Source: Candidatus Eiseniibacteriota bacterium (GTDB taxonomy: Bacteria > Eisenbacteria > RBG-16-71-46). From it: a DNA stretch of 64,000 nucleotides. Below the pieces are notes generated by a model. It searched no databases and had not been told where the DNA came from. It saw only the letters and a program-made list of their open reading frames with translations. Of this stretch, positions 50,712-63,925 are shown one piece after another; within the stretch, counting starts at the first letter, position 1; each line of letters opens with the position of its first letter. The DNA lies in NCBI GenBank assembly GCA_963717935.1, contig CAVQXP010000004.1:1248001-1312000 (forward strand), read 5' to 3'. The position numbers and the translations under genes are program-made.

Positions 50712-51713
50712 ATGCGCACGCCCTCTTTCGACCTCGCGGCCCTCGAGGCCCTCGTCGCGCGCTTTGCCGGGCGCCGGGTCGCGGTGCTGGGCGACTGCAT
50801 GATGGACCGCTACCTGTGGGGCCGGGTCGAACGCATCTCGCCCGAGGCCCCCGTGCCGGTGGTCGAGGTCGAACGCGAGAGCAGCACGCTGGGCGGGGCG
50901 GGCAACGTGGCCGCCAACCTGCGCGCGCTCGGCGCGGAGCCCCTGCTGCTCGGCGTGGTGGGCGAGGACGATGACGGCCGGCGGTTGCGGGAGTCCTTCG
51001 CCGCGCGCGGGCTCGACCTCGGTGGCGTGGTGACGGATGCCGCGCGGCCCACCACGGTCAAGACCCGCATCGTCGCCCACGCCCAGCAGGTCGTGCGCGC
51101 CGACCGCGAGTCGCGCGCCGACCTCTCGGGCGCCGCGCTCGCGCGCCTGCTCGAGATCGTCGAGCGCGAGCTGCCCCGCTGCGAGGGCCTGGTGGTGAGC
51201 GACTACGGCAAGGGCGTGATCCACCCCGGCACCCTCGAGCCCGCCCTGGGCGCCGCGCGGCGCGCGGGCTGCGCGGTGAGCGTGGACCCCAAGGAGAGCC
51301 ACGTCGATGCCTACCATGGCGTGAGCATCCTCACGCCCAACCAGCACGAGGCCGGCTGGGTGCAGGGCAGGCGCATCACCGACGAGGCGAGCCTGATGGA
51401 GGTGGGCTGGGGGCTTCAGCAGCGGCTCGACGCCGCGGCCGTGCTGGTGACGCGGGGTGCCGGCGGCATGAGCCTGTTCGAGCGCGGCGGCCGCTACACC
51501 CATCTACCCACCGTGGCGCGCGAGGTCTACGACGTGACCGGCGCGGGCGACACCGTGGTGAGCGTGGTGGCGCTGGCGCTGGCGGCCGGGGCCGACTTCC
51601 CCGCGGCCTGCCTGCTCGCGAACCATGCCGCCGGCATCGTCATCCGCGAGGTCGGCACGGCGACGTGCACGCGCGAGCAACTGCTCGCCTCGCTCGCGGG
51701 CGCCAGGCCGTGA
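50712..51713 (+). CDS. rfaE1: D-glycero-beta-D-manno-heptose-7-phosphate kinase
   Basis: RISPEAPVPVV, GGAGNVA, SDYGKG, DVTGAGDT. Confidence 0.95.
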   Translation: MRTPSFDLAALEALVARFAGRRVAVLGDCMMDRYLWGRVERISPEAPVPVVEVERESSTLGGAGNVAANLRALGAEPLLLGVVGEDDDGRRLRESFAARGLDLGGVVTDAARPTTVKTRIVAHAQQVVRADRESRADLSGAALARLLEIVERELPRCEGLVVSDYGKGVIHPGTLEPALGAARRAGCAVSVDPKESHVDAYHGVSILTPNQHEAGWVQGRRITDEASLMEVGWGLQQRLDAAAVLVTRGAGGMSLFERGGRYTHLPTVAREVYDVTGAGDTVVSVVALALAAGADFPAACLLANHAAGIVIREVGTATCTREQLLASLAGARP

Positions 51714-52210
51714 ACGCGGGCTCGCCCTCCGTCCCGCTGCCCGAAGAGGCGCGGCACGCCCTGGCCGCCTGGCGCGCGGCGGGGGAGAAGATCGTCTTCA
51801 CGAACGGTGTCTTCGACCTGCTCCACCGCGGCCACGCCGAGTACCTGGCCCAGGCCCGCGCGCTGGGCGGGCGGCTCGTGGTCGGGGTCAATTCCGACGC
51901 CTCGGTGCGGCGCCTGAAGGGCCCCGAGCGCCCCATCGTGGCGGCCGCGGATCGCGCCGCGCTGCTCGAAGCGCTCGCCTGCGTGGACCTGGCCGTGATC
52001 TTCGAGGACGACACGCCCGCCCGGCTCATCGAGGCCGTGCGCCCCGACGTGCTGGTGAAGGGGGGCGACTGGGCGGTGGGACAGATCGTCGGCCGCGAGT
52101 TCGTCGAGTCGTGCGGTGGCCGCGTGCTCAGCATCCCGCTGCGCGAGGGCTGCGGCACCTCCGTTCTGGTCGAGCGCATCCGGGCCGGCCGGAGCGCGCT
52201 GGAGCCGTGA
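51710..52210 (+). CDS. rfaE2: heptose-1-phosphate adenylyltransferase
   Basis: FTNGVFDLLHRGH, NSDASVRRLKGPERP, LVKGGDW. Confidence 0.95.
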   Translation: MNAGSPSVPLPEEARHALAAWRAAGEKIVFTNGVFDLLHRGHAEYLAQARALGGRLVVGVNSDASVRRLKGPERPIVAAADRAALLEALACVDLAVIFEDDTPARLIEAVRPDVLVKGGDWAVGQIVGREFVESCGGRVLSIPLREGCGTSVLVERIRAGRSALEP

Positions 52211-52259
52211 GCGCCGCGGTCCGCGGCGACGCGCCGGCGGACCTGCCCTCCCCCGGAGC

Positions 52260-53015
52260 GTGCCCGTGACCCTGAAGCCCACCGCCGGGCCGCCTGCGAA
52301 ACGCGCCGTCGTGATCGGCGCCTCGTCGGGCATCGGCCGGGCGCTCGCGCTGCGGCTCGCCCGCGAAGGCTACGCCGTCGGCCTCACCGCGCGACGCCTG
52401 CCCCTGTTGCTCGAGTTGCAGGCGGAGATCGGACAGCGCGCGTTCGTCCGGCAGATGGACGTCACGGACACCGCTCGCGCGATGGCGCTGCTGGAGGAGT
52501 TGATCGAGGAACTGGGGGGTGCCGACCTGATCGTGGTCAACGCCGGGACGGGGCACATCAATCCCGGCCTCGCCTGGGAGCCCGAGGAGGAGACCATCGG
52601 CGTGAACGTGCGGGGCTTCACGGCGATGGCGAACGTCGCCTACCGCCATTTCCTTCGCCGCGGCGCCGGGCACCTGGTCAGCATCTCCTCGATCGCGGCC
52701 CTGCGCGGTGGCGGTGGCGCGCCGGCCTACAACGCGTCGAAGGCGTTCGTGTCCAACTACATGGACGGTCTGCGGCACAAGCTGGCCCGGCTCGGCTCGG
52801 CGGTCGCGGTCACCGACATCCAGCCGGGCTTCGTGCGCACCGCGATGGCACAGGGGCCGCACGTCTTCTGGGCGGCCTCGCCCGAGAAAGCGGCGGAGCA
52901 GATCTGGCAGGCCATCCGCCGCCGCCGGAAGCGGGCGATCATCACCCGGCGCTGGCGGCCGATCGCCTGGCTGATGAGGATGGTGCCTGACGGCGTGTAC
53001 CATCGGATCGGATGA
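52260..53015 (+). CDS. short-chain dehydrogenase/reductase
   Basis: GASSGIG, NAG, YNASK, PGFVRT. Confidence 0.92.
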   Translation: MPVTLKPTAGPPAKRAVVIGASSGIGRALALRLAREGYAVGLTARRLPLLLELQAEIGQRAFVRQMDVTDTARAMALLEELIEELGGADLIVVNAGTGHINPGLAWEPEEETIGVNVRGFTAMANVAYRHFLRRGAGHLVSISSIAALRGGGGAPAYNASKAFVSNYMDGLRHKLARLGSAVAVTDIQPGFVRTAMAQGPHVFWAASPEKAAEQIWQAIRRRRKRAIITRRWRPIAWLMRMVPDGVYHRIG

Positions 53016-53329
53016 GGGTGGGCAGCCCGGTGTCGAGCGCTCCGCTGCCGGGGATCCCTGCGTGAAGAACGGCCTGGTGACGGCCTGGCGCGTCCGGGAG
53101 TGGACGACGGTCATCGGGCCGGGGGCTGCGGTGACGTCGCCGGCCACGGGCCCGCAGGTCTCCGGTCGCCCGGTCCGACGGGTCGCCGTCCAGCGCTTCC
53201 CGCTTGCTTTGCACTCCCCACCCGGTTAGCGTATCCCGTCCTTTTCCCGGGTGCTCCCCACGGAGTGCTCCTCCTTCCCCGCTTCGGGTCCGCCGGAGCG
53301 GGGCCCTCGGCCGGCACGGGATTCAGGCC

Positions 53330-54814
<1,485 letters not shown>

Positions 54815-54880
54815 ACGGAGCGTCGAGCAGGTCGCGGACAGCGGTCCGGGACCGTCAACACCGGGCACACGGGGGCCGAG

Positions 54881-56041
54881 ATGAATCTCCACGAATATCA
54901 GGCCAAGGAGTTGTTCGCGCGCTACGGGCTGCCGGTGCTGCCGGGGCAGGTGGCGGTCACGCCCGAGGAGGCCGGCGACATCGCGGCCGCGCTGGGTGGC
55001 ACGGTGGTGATCAAGGCGCAGGTGCTGGTGGGCGGGCGCGGCAAGGCGGGCGGCGTGAAGCTGGCGCACACGCCCGAGGAGGCGACCGAGAAGGCCCGCG
55101 ACATCCTGGCGCTCACCATCAAGGGCCTGCCGGTGCGCAAGGTCCTGGTGACCCGGGCCGCCGACATCGCGCGCGAGCTGTACCTCTCGATCCTGCTCGA
55201 CCGCAGCCGCAAGCTGCCGCTGGTCATGCTCTCGGCCGAGGGCGGCGTGGACATCGAGGAGGTCGCGCGCACGGCGCCCGAGAAGATCATCAAGTGGCCG
55301 ATCCCGCTCGAGGGTCCGCGGCCCTACCAGGCGCGCGCCCTGTTCAAGCCGCTGCTCGGGGACGGCAAGCAGGTCCAGCAGGCGGCGGACATCCTGATGA
55401 AGCTGTGGCGGGTCTGGTCCGAGGGCGATTGCCAGCTGGCCGAGATCAACCCGCTCGCGGTCACGCCCGAGGGCAGGGTCCTGGCGCTCGACGCCAAGGT
55501 GTCGCTCGACGACAACGCCGACATCCGCCACCGCGACTGGGAGAACTGGCGCGACCCGGCCGACGAGACGCCGGGGCAGCGGCTGGCGCGCGAGAAGGGG
55601 CTCTCGTACGTCAAGCTCGACGGCGACATCGGCTGCGTCGTGAACGGCGCGGGGCTGGCCATGGCGACGATGGACCTGATCAAGCACTACGGCGGCGAGC
55701 CGGCCAACTTCCTCGACATCGGCGGCTCCTCGAGCCCCGAGAAGGTGACCGCGGCGCTGCGGATCATCACCGGCGAGCCGCCCGGCGGCGCGGCGGCGGC
55801 GGCGTGCGGGCCGATCCTCTTCAACATCTTCGGTGGCATCACCCGCTGCGACGACGTGGCGAACGGCATCGTGCGCTCGCTCGAGGAGTCGCCGCTCGCC
55901 GTGCCGCTCGTGATCCGGCTCACCGGCACGAACGAGGAGGCGGCGCGCAGGATCCTGGCGGACCACGGTCTGTCGGCCACCACCAGCATGGACGAGGGCG
56001 TGCGCACCGTGATCGCCCGGGCGCAGGAGGTGACGGCGTGA
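54881..56041 (+). CDS. sucC: succinate--CoA ligase beta subunit
   Basis: [42 protein letters not shown]. Confidence 0.97.
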   Translation: MNLHEYQAKELFARYGLPVLPGQVAVTPEEAGDIAAALGGTVVIKAQVLVGGRGKAGGVKLAHTPEEATEKARDILALTIKGLPVRKVLVTRAADIARELYLSILLDRSRKLPLVMLSAEGGVDIEEVARTAPEKIIKWPIPLEGPRPYQARALFKPLLGDGKQVQQAADILMKLWRVWSEGDCQLAEINPLAVTPEGRVLALDAKVSLDDNADIRHRDWENWRDPADETPGQRLAREKGLSYVKLDGDIGCVVNGAGLAMATMDLIKHYGGEPANFLDIGGSSSPEKVTAALRIITGEPPGGAAAAACGPILFNIFGGITRCDDVANGIVRSLEESPLAVPLVIRLTGTNEEAARRILADHGLSATTSMDEGVRTVIARAQEVTA

Positions 56042-57151
56042 GCATCCTGATCGACAAGAGCACCCGTCTGGTCGTGCAGGGCATCACCGGGCGCGACGGC
56101 GCGTTCCACACCCGGCAGATGCTGGACTACGGGACCAAGGTGGTGGCGGGCAGCGACCCCGGGCAAGGGGGGCGAGGTGCGTGCACGGCGTGCCGGTCTT
56201 CGACAGCGTGGCCGAGGCGGTCGCCGCCACGAAGGCCAACGCCTCGGTGATCTACGTGCCCTCGGCCTTCGCGGCGGACGCCATCCACGAGGCCGCCGAC
56301 GCCGGGCATCGGGCTCATCGTCTGCATCACCGAGGGCCTGCCGGTGCGCGACGCGCTGGAGGCCTGGCACCACGTGGCGCAGATGCGCGAGCGGGGTACC
56401 CAGCCGAAGGCCGGGTCGGGGAACGGCAGGCCCCGCCTGCTGGGGCCCAACTGCCCCGGGCTGATCAGCCCCGGGCAGTGCAAGGTCGGCATCCTGCCCG
56501 GCCGCATCACGAAGCCGGGGCCGGTCGGCGTGGTCTCGCGCAGCGGGACGCTGACCTACGAGGTCGTCCAGCAGCTCACCCACGCCGGGCTCGGCCAGAC
56601 CACCTGCCTCGGGATCGGCGGTGACCCGGTCATCGGCACCAACTTCATCGACGCCCTGACCCTGTTCGAGGCCGACCCGAAGACCGAGGCCATCGTTCTG
56701 ATCGGCGAGATCGGCGGCACCGACGAGGAGGAGGCGGCCCTGTTCATCAAGCGCCGCGTGAAGAAGCCGGTGGTGGCCTTCATCGCCGGGCCAGACCGCG
56801 CCCCCGGGCAAGCGCATGGGGCACGCCGGCGCGATCATCGCGGGCGGCACGGGCACGGCGGCCGAGAAGATGGCGGCCTTCGAGGCGGTGGGCGTGCCGG
56901 TGGCGCGGATCCCCTCGGAGATCCCCGGCCTGATCGCCGGGGCTCTGGGGCGCAGGCGCTCGCACGGGACCCGCGTGACGCCGGGCCGGGCGAAGAAGAA
57001 GGCGGCGGGCCCGGCAAAGAGACGGCGCGCAAGGCGCGGCCCGCGGGCGGGCACGGCAAGGCCGCAGCACGTCCCGCGCGCAAGCCCGGCAAGTCCGCGC
57101 CGAAGGAAGCCGGCCAGCCGCAGGGTGCCGCGGAGCCGTCGGCCGCGCTGA
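56038..57151 (+). CDS. sucD: succinate--CoA ligase alpha subunit (several apparent frameshifts; basic low-complexity tail)
   Basis: [32 protein letters not shown] spread over three frames; 3' end uncertain. Confidence 0.88.
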
Positions 57152-57209
57152 ATCACCGACCACGATCCCGGGCGCCGCACGAAGGCCCGGGTCTACCGAG
57201 GAGCAACCA

Positions 57210-57633
57210 TTGGCGCTCGAACGCACCCTCTTCATCGTCAAGCCGGACGCGGTCCGGCGGAACCTCATCGGCCGGATCCTCGCGCACGTCGAGGCGCAGG
57301 ACTTCCGCGTCGTCGAGGCCCGGCTGGCCCGGCTCACGCGCGAGGAGGCCCAGACCTTCTACGCCGAGCACGTGGGCAAGCCGTTCTTCGACGACCTGGT
57401 GGATTACATGACCTCCGGTCCGGTGTTGCTGGTCTGCCTGGAGCGGGAAGGGCGCCGTGGCCGAACTGCGCCAGGTCGTGGGTGCGACCGACCCGGCCCA
57501 GGCCGCCCCCGGCACGGTCCGGAAGCTCTACGGGGAGAGCAAGCAGCTCAACTCGGTCCACGCCTCGGACAGCCCGGCCAGCTCCGAGCGCGAGGTGAGG
57601 TTCTTCTTCGGCACGGCGGCCCTCGTCCGGTGA
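57210..57633 (+). CDS. ndk: nucleoside diphosphate kinase (frameshift near 57450)
   Basis: [22 protein letters not shown], then [13 protein letters not shown] in another frame. Confidence 0.92.
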
Positions 57634-57799
57634 CGGGCTGGCCGTTGGACCCGGCCGGGTGCCCCGGTGCCCGGTCGGGTGCTCCGCAAACGACCGGCTG
57701 GCAGCATCCTGTCCGGGTTCGAAAGCCGGGTGGACGCGGCTCTCGGGCCTGTGCTAACTTCCCGGTGCTTCGCAGCCCGCTCAGGCGGGTTTATCTTGT

Positions 57800-58273
57800 A
57801 TGTCCAGATTTGCCATAGATCTCGGCTCGTTGCGCCAGGGCAGAACCCCTGTCGAGCTCGAGGCCGCGGCCCAGGATCTTGACTTGCCGCCCGACGGTTG
57901 GGTGGGTCCGGTCCGGGGCGTATTCGATGTCGAAAAGACGGGTGAGAAGGTGACGGTCCGCGGCTCGGTGGCCGCGACTGCACGACTCGAGTGTGTGCGC
58001 TGCCTGACGGAGTTCGACCTGCCGGTCGAGGCGCCGCTGGAGGTGTTCGCCGAGCGTGCCGGCAGCGGCCGGCAGCGCGACGAAGAGGCGCTCGAGCGCG
58101 ACGACTACATGAAGTTCCACGACGGGCGGCTGCTCGATCTGCGCGCCGACGCGCGTGAGTTGCTGCTGCTGGAGCTCCCGATGGGCCCTCATTGCCGAGA
58201 GGACTGCCGGGGGCTGTGTCCGAGGTGCGGCGCGGACTTGAACGCGGGGCCCTGCGGGTGCCCGCGCGCGTGA
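57800..58273 (+). CDS. yceD: YceD/DUF177 family protein
   Basis: ECVRCL, CREDCRGLCPRCGADLN; precedes rpmF. Confidence 0.92.
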   Translation: MSRFAIDLGSLRQGRTPVELEAAAQDLDLPPDGWVGPVRGVFDVEKTGEKVTVRGSVAATARLECVRCLTEFDLPVEAPLEVFAERAGSGRQRDEEALERDDYMKFHDGRLLDLRADARELLLLELPMGPHCREDCRGLCPRCGADLNAGPCGCPRA

Positions 58274-58312
58274 GCCGGCCCCGGGCGGTTTGAGCGAGGA
58301 GGAAGGACAGCC

Positions 58313-58495
58313 ATGGCGGTACCCAAGCGGAGACATTCCAGCACTCGCGGCAAGAAGCGCCGCACGCACTGGAAGCTCAAGCAGCCGGGGCTCAACACCT
58401 GCGGCCACTGCAGTTCTCCCAAGCAGCCGCACCGGATCTGTCCGAACTGCGGCTACTACGACGGCGAAGAGATCGTCCCGCCGCGCGAGGACTAG
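58313..58495 (+). CDS. rpmF: 50S ribosomal protein L32
   Basis: [23 protein letters not shown]. Confidence 0.97.
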   Translation: MAVPKRRHSSTRGKKRRTHWKLKQPGLNTCGHCSSPKQPHRICPNCGYYDGEEIVPPRED

Positions 58496-58513
58496 GGGCC
58501 TTCCGGGACCCGC

Positions 58514-59548
58514 ATGATGGCGGACTCGGTTCCCCACATCGGTATCGACGCCATGGGCGGTGACCACGGTTCCCAGGCCGTGGTGAATGGCGTCGTGCTC
58601 GCCCAGCACGAGATGCCGGGCCGCTTCCGCGTCACCCTGGTGGGTGACGAGCCCGAGATCCGTGCCGCGCTCCGCCATGCCCGGGCGGAGTCGAGCCTGC
58701 CCCTCGAGGTGGTGCACGCGGCCGAGCGCATCGAGATGTCCGAGAAGGCCGCGAACGCGGCCCGGCGCAAGAGCGGCTCCTCGCTCGGCGTGCTGGCCCA
58801 ACTGCACAAGGACGGCAAGGTGGACGCGTTCTTCAGCGCCGGGAACACGGGTGCGATGGTGGCCACCTCGCTGCTCGGCCTGGGCCGGCTCGAGTCGGTC
58901 TCGCGCCCGGCTCTGGCGGCGGTCATGCCCAGCCCGGCCGGAGGCACGGTGCTGCTCGACGTGGGGGCCAACTCGGACTGCAAGCCCTCGTGGCTCGTCC
59001 AGTTCGCCCACATGGGCGCGGTCTACGCGCGCTACCTCATGGGCCGCGAGGAGCCACGGGTCGGGCTGCTCTCGATCGGCGAGGAGGACACCAAGGGCAA
59101 TTCCCTGGTCCTGGAGACGCTGCCGCTGTTGCGGCGCGCCCGGCACCTGAATTTCGTCGGCAACGTCGAGGGTCGCGACATCCTCAAGGGCACCTGCGAC
59201 GTCATCGTGACGGACGGTTTCACCGGCAACGTGGTGCTGAAGACCGCCGAGGGCGTGGCGACCATGCTGGGGCACAAGGTGAAGCAGGAGCTCAAGCACG
59301 ATCTGCTCGCCCGCCTCGGGGCCCTGTTCCTGCTGCCCGCGCTCCGGCGTGTCAAGGCCGAGGTGGACTGGGAGGAGTACGGCGCCGCGCCCCTGCTCGG
59401 GGTGAACGGGGTCTGCTTCGTGGGGCACGGCTCGAGCGGACCGAGGGCCGTCTGCAGCGCGATCCGCACCCTGAGCCGCTTCGTGGAGCTGCGAGTGAAC
59501 GAACGCATCCGTGAGGAAATCGAGGCGGACCATGACCCGGCGGCCTGA
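58514..59548 (+). CDS. plsX: phosphate acyltransferase PlsX
   Basis: IDAMGGD, SAGNTGA, LDVGAN, DGFTGNVVLK, GHGSS. Confidence 0.97.
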   Translation: MMADSVPHIGIDAMGGDHGSQAVVNGVVLAQHEMPGRFRVTLVGDEPEIRAALRHARAESSLPLEVVHAAERIEMSEKAANAARRKSGSSLGVLAQLHKDGKVDAFFSAGNTGAMVATSLLGLGRLESVSRPALAAVMPSPAGGTVLLDVGANSDCKPSWLVQFAHMGAVYARYLMGREEPRVGLLSIGEEDTKGNSLVLETLPLLRRARHLNFVGNVEGRDILKGTCDVIVTDGFTGNVVLKTAEGVATMLGHKVKQELKHDLLARLGALFLLPALRRVKAEVDWEEYGAAPLLGVNGVCFVGHGSSGPRAVCSAIRTLSRFVELRVNERIREEIEADHDPAA

Positions 59549-59596
59549 CGCGGTGTGTGGCGCGGCACCAGTGACCGTGGCCAGCGGGATGGCCTC

Positions 59597-60556
59597 ATGA
59601 GGCTGGCGTTCCTCTTCCCGGGCCAGGGGGCCCAGGCGGTCGGCATGGGCAAGGCCCTGGCCGAGGCCTTCCCCGTGGCCCGCGAGGTCTTCGCCGAGGC
59701 CGACGAGGCGCTGGGCTTCCGGCTTTCCGAGATCTGCTGGGAGGGCCCGGCCGAGCGGCTCCGGGAGACGCGCTACACCCAGCCGGCGCTGCTCACGCAC
59801 AGCGTGGCGGCCTGGCGCCTGGCGGAGCAGGCGGGCCTGCGGCCCGACTGGACCGCGGGGCACAGCTTGGGCGAGTACTCGGCCTGCGTGGCCGCGGGGG
59901 CGACTCGAGTTCCGCGATGCCGTGCGGCTCGTGCACCTGCGCGGCACGCTGATGTTCGAGGCCGGGCGAGCAGCGGCCGGGCACCATGGCCGCGATGCTG
60001 GGCGTGGACCGCGAGGGGGCGGAGCGCATCTGCAGAGCGGCGGCTCAGAAGGGGATCGTGGTGCCGGCGAACCTCAATGCCCCGGGACAGGTCGTGATCT
60101 CGGGGGAGCGGCCTGCGGTCGAGGAGGCCGCGCGGATCGGCGCCGAGCATCGGCGCGAAGCGCGTCGTGATGCTCGAGGTGAGCGGCGCGTTCCACTCGC
60201 CGCTGATGGAGTCGGCGGCCCGTGGGTTGGCCGAGGCGCTCGACAGGACGACGTTCCGCGAGCCCCGCTGCCCGGTGATCGCCAACGTCTCGGCCGCCCC
60301 GCTGTCGCGGGCGGACGAGATCCGCGATGCCCTGAAGCGCCAGGTGCTGGGGACGGTGCGCTGGGAGGAGTCCATGCGCGCCCTGCTCGGACTGGGCGCC
60401 GAGGGCTTCGTGGAGATCGGCACGGGCCGTGTGCTGCGCGGCCTGCTGCGGAGCATCGAGAAGGCCGCCACATCCTGGAACATCGAGGACCCCGCGACGC
60501 TCGAAGCCGACGTGGGCGAGTTGGGCGTGCAGCGCGTGGTCCCGGAGGGCACCTGA
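59597..60556 (+). CDS. fabD: malonyl-CoA:ACP transacylase (frameshifted)
   Basis: FPGQGAQ, TQPAL, GHSLGEY, ANLN..QVVISG, VSGAFHS across frames. Confidence 0.9.
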
Positions 60557-61340
60557 TGGAACAGAGCGTGGATCGGACCGTGTCCGGTGTGGGCCGGGAA
60601 CTGACGGGCCAGGTCGCCTTCGTCACGGGCGGGGCGGCGGGGATCGGGCTGGCGATCGCGAGGAAGCTGGGGACGCGCGGTGCGCGCCTGACGCTCTTCG
60701 ACCGCGACTCGGCCGCCGTGGCGACGGCCGCCGAGGAGTTGCGCTCGCAAGGGGTCGAGGCGCGCGCGCAGGCGGTGGACGTGGCTGACGCTGCCTCGGT
60801 GGAGGCCTCGTTCCAGGAGGCGGTCGAGGCCTGCGGGCGCGTGGACATCCTGGTGAACAACGCCGGGATCACGCGCGACGGGCTGCTCATCCGGATGACG
60901 CGACGAGCAGTGGGACCAGGTGCTTGGCGGTGAACCTCAAGGGTGCCTTCAACGGGTGCCGCGCGGTCGCGCGGCCCATGATGAAGGCGCGCTGTGGCCG
61001 CATCGTGAACATCTCGTCCGTGGTGGGACTGATGGGCAACAGCGGACAGACCAACTACTCGGCTTCCAAGGCCGGGCTGCTGGGCCTGACCCGCTCGCTG
61101 GCCCGCGAGTTGGCGTCGCGGGGCATCACGGTGAACGCCGTCTGTCCGGGGTTCATCGAGACGCGCATGACCGCGAACCTGCCCGAGACGGCGCGCACGG
61201 AGTTGATGGCCCGCATCCCGCTCGGGCGGCTGGGCCAGCCGGAGGACGTGGCGGAGGTCGTGGCGTTCCTGGCCTCGCCCCGCGCCGGCTACGTGACCGG
61301 TCAGACCTGGACGGTGGATGGCGGGATGGTGATGGAGTAG
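60556..61340 (+). CDS. fabG: 3-oxoacyl-ACP reductase (frameshifted near 60900-60925)
   Basis: [32 protein letters not shown]. Confidence 0.92.
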
Positions 61341-61403
61341 CCGCCGGGCGCGGACGCGCCCGGGCGGCCAGGTGACGGACAACCCAATCAGGAGGTGTGG
61401 ACC

Positions 61404-61646
61404 GTGGCAGCATTTTCGGAAGACCGCGTGAAGGAGATCATCGCCAAGGAGCTGGAAGTCGGAGTGCAGCAGCTGACCCCCGAGGCGAAGTTCATCGAGG
61501 ACCTGGGCGCCGACTCGCTCGACATCGTCGAGCTGGTGATGGCGCTGGAGGAGGAGTTCGGACTCGAGATCCCGGACGAGGACGCCGAGAAGATGAAGAC
61601 CGTCGGCGACGCGATGAACTACCTGAAGTCCCACGCGACCACGTAA
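61404..61646 (+). CDS. acpP: acyl carrier protein
   Basis: [28 protein letters not shown]. Confidence 0.97.
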   Translation: MAAFSEDRVKEIIAKELEVGVQQLTPEAKFIEDLGADSLDIVELVMALEEEFGLEIPDEDAEKMKTVGDAMNYLKSHATT

Positions 61647-61738
61647 CGGATGTTGGACAGCCGGGCGCTGGCAGGCGCGGCCACACCCCCCGGGGGGAGG
61701 CGCGGGCCGGTGTGCCGGGAACGGGAGAAGGACGCGAC

Positions 61739-62988
61739 ATGGCAGATCCTGAGTTCGCCGCGTGATGGTCACGGGCGTCGGCGTGGTGTCGCCGCTCGGC
61801 AAGGACATCGAGACGCTCTGGTCGAACCTCGTCGCGGGGGTTTCGGGCGCAGGCCCCATCACCCGCTTCGACGCATCGGCCATGGACAGCCGCATCGCCT
61901 GTGAGGTGAAGGACTTCTCGACCGAGGGCGTGCTGGACCGCAAGGACGCCAAGCGGATGGACCGCTTCGTGCAGTTCGCGGTCGTGGCCGCCCACGGGGC
62001 CATGCAGTGGGCGCGGCTGGACCCGGACGCGGTGGACCGCGACCGGGTCGGCGTCGTGATCGGCTCCGGCATCGGCGGGATGGAGACGTTCGAGTCCCAG
62101 CACCGGATCCTGCTCGAGAAGGGGCCCGGCCGGGTCAGTCCCGTACTTCATCCCGATGATGATCCGGACATGGCGGCCGGACAGGTCTCGATCCAGTTCG
62201 GCCTCCGCGGGCCGAACTTCGGCACGGTCTCGGCGTGCGCCTCGGGGGCGCACGCGATCGGCGAGGCCCTCCGGCTCCTGCGAGCCGGTGACGCGGACGT
62301 GATGATCTGTGGTGGCGCGGAGTCCACCATCACACCCATGGCGATCGCCGGCTTCTGCTCGGCGCGCGCCCTCTCCACTCGAAACGACGACCCACAGCGG
62401 GCCAGCCGTCCCTTCGATCGCGATCGGGACGGTTTCGTGATCGGCGAAGGCGCCGGCGTGCTCGTGCTCGAGACCGAGGAGCACGCCCGGCGCCGCGGAG
62501 CGCCGATCCTGTGCGAGCTCGCCGGCTACGGAGCCTCGGCGGACGCCTACCATCTGACCGCACCATCGGAGGATGGGAACGGCGCCGCGCGCGCCATGCG
62601 GCGCGCGCTCCAGGACGCGGGCCTCGCTCCCGAGGACGTGGACTACATCAATTCCCACGGGACCTCGACACTCGCCGGTGACCCGGTCGAGGTGCAGGCC
62701 GTGAAGTCCGTCTTCGGCGAGCATGCCCACCACCTGATGATGAACTCGACCAAGTCCATGACTGGCCACCTGCTGGGTGCGGCCGGGGGACTCGAGGCGG
62801 CGATCACCGCGTCTGGTGCTGGCGCGCGGGGTCGTCCCACCTACGATCAACCTGGAACATGCGGATCCTCGATGCGACCTCGATTTCGTTCCCAATCAGG
62901 CTCGGACGCAAGCGTCCGGGCAGCCGTCTCGAACTCGTTCGGGTTCGGGGGGCACAACGCGACCCTGGTGCTGAAGGTGGCGAAGTAG
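61739..62988 (+). CDS. fabF: beta-ketoacyl-ACP synthase II (frameshifted)
   Basis: [44 protein letters not shown]. Confidence 0.92.
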
Positions 62989-63058
62989 GGCCCCGCTCGC
63001 GCCGCGGCCGCGGCCGTCGTCGTCGTCCCCGGCCGTCCCAGCCGCCGCTCCGCCGCTC

Positions 63059-63925
63059 GTGGTGGAGCTGGCTCAGCGGCCTGTTCGTCCGGCCCCGTAC
63101 GGCCGGCGGGCGCGCCATCCGTCGCGGCGCGGCAGCGAGTCGTTCGACCAGCAGGAGGCCCGCGCCATCGCGGAGTTCTCCCGCCACTTCCAGATCACCT
63201 TCCACGATCCGGAACTGCTCCGGCTGGCGCTCACGCACCGCTCGTACCTGAGCGTGACCGGCATGGGCCCGCGCGAGTCCAACGAGCGGCTGGAGTTCCT
63301 GGGCGACTCCGTGCTCGGCCTGGTGACCAGCGAGTACCTCTACCGGCAGCTCCCCGACGAGCACGAGGGCCAGCTCACGAAGACCAAGTCGCTCCTGGTC
63401 TCGAAGGCCATCCTGTTCGCGCAGGGCGCTGCTCGATGGGGCTTGGCCGCTTCGTCCTCATGAGCCACTCCGAGGTCGAATCGGGCGGCCGGCAGCGGCT
63501 CTCGATCCTGGCCGACGCCTTCGAGTCGGTGCTGGGCGCCATCTACCTCGACCAGGGCTTCGAGGAGGCGCGGCGAGTTCATCGAGTACTGGCTGCTGCG
63601 CGGCTCGCGCGAGATCGTGGCGGACAAGCGCCACCGCAACTACAAGAGCCAGCTGCAGGAGTACGTGCAGAGCACGTTCCGCACGCACCCCGTGTACCGC
63701 ATCCGCAGCCAGATGGGCCCGGACCACTCGAAGCTCTTCCTGGTGGAGGTGATGGTCGGGCGGCGGGCGTTGGGTGAGGGGCGTGGCACCGAACAAGAAG
63801 GAGGCCGAGCAGGCCGCGGCGCGCGACGCCCTGGAGCGGGTCGAGCGGCCCGGCGCAGCGCCGCGGCGAGGAGCGCGGAGCCGCGCGAGGCGCGAGCGGA
63901 CCGCGAGCCGCGGGAGGCGACGTGA
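63059..63925 (+). CDS. rnc: ribonuclease III (frameshifted; both ends uncertain)
   Basis: ALTHRS, NERLEFLGDSVL, ADAFESVLGAIYLDQG, dsRBD NYKSQLQE..GPDH..KKEAEQAAA across frames. Confidence 0.9.

Noticed and set aside
56140..63800. Programmed frameshifting or true pseudogenisation of sucD/ndk/fab/rnc
   Set aside because: Too many essential genes affected in one block, with no slippery motifs; sequencing error is more parsimonious
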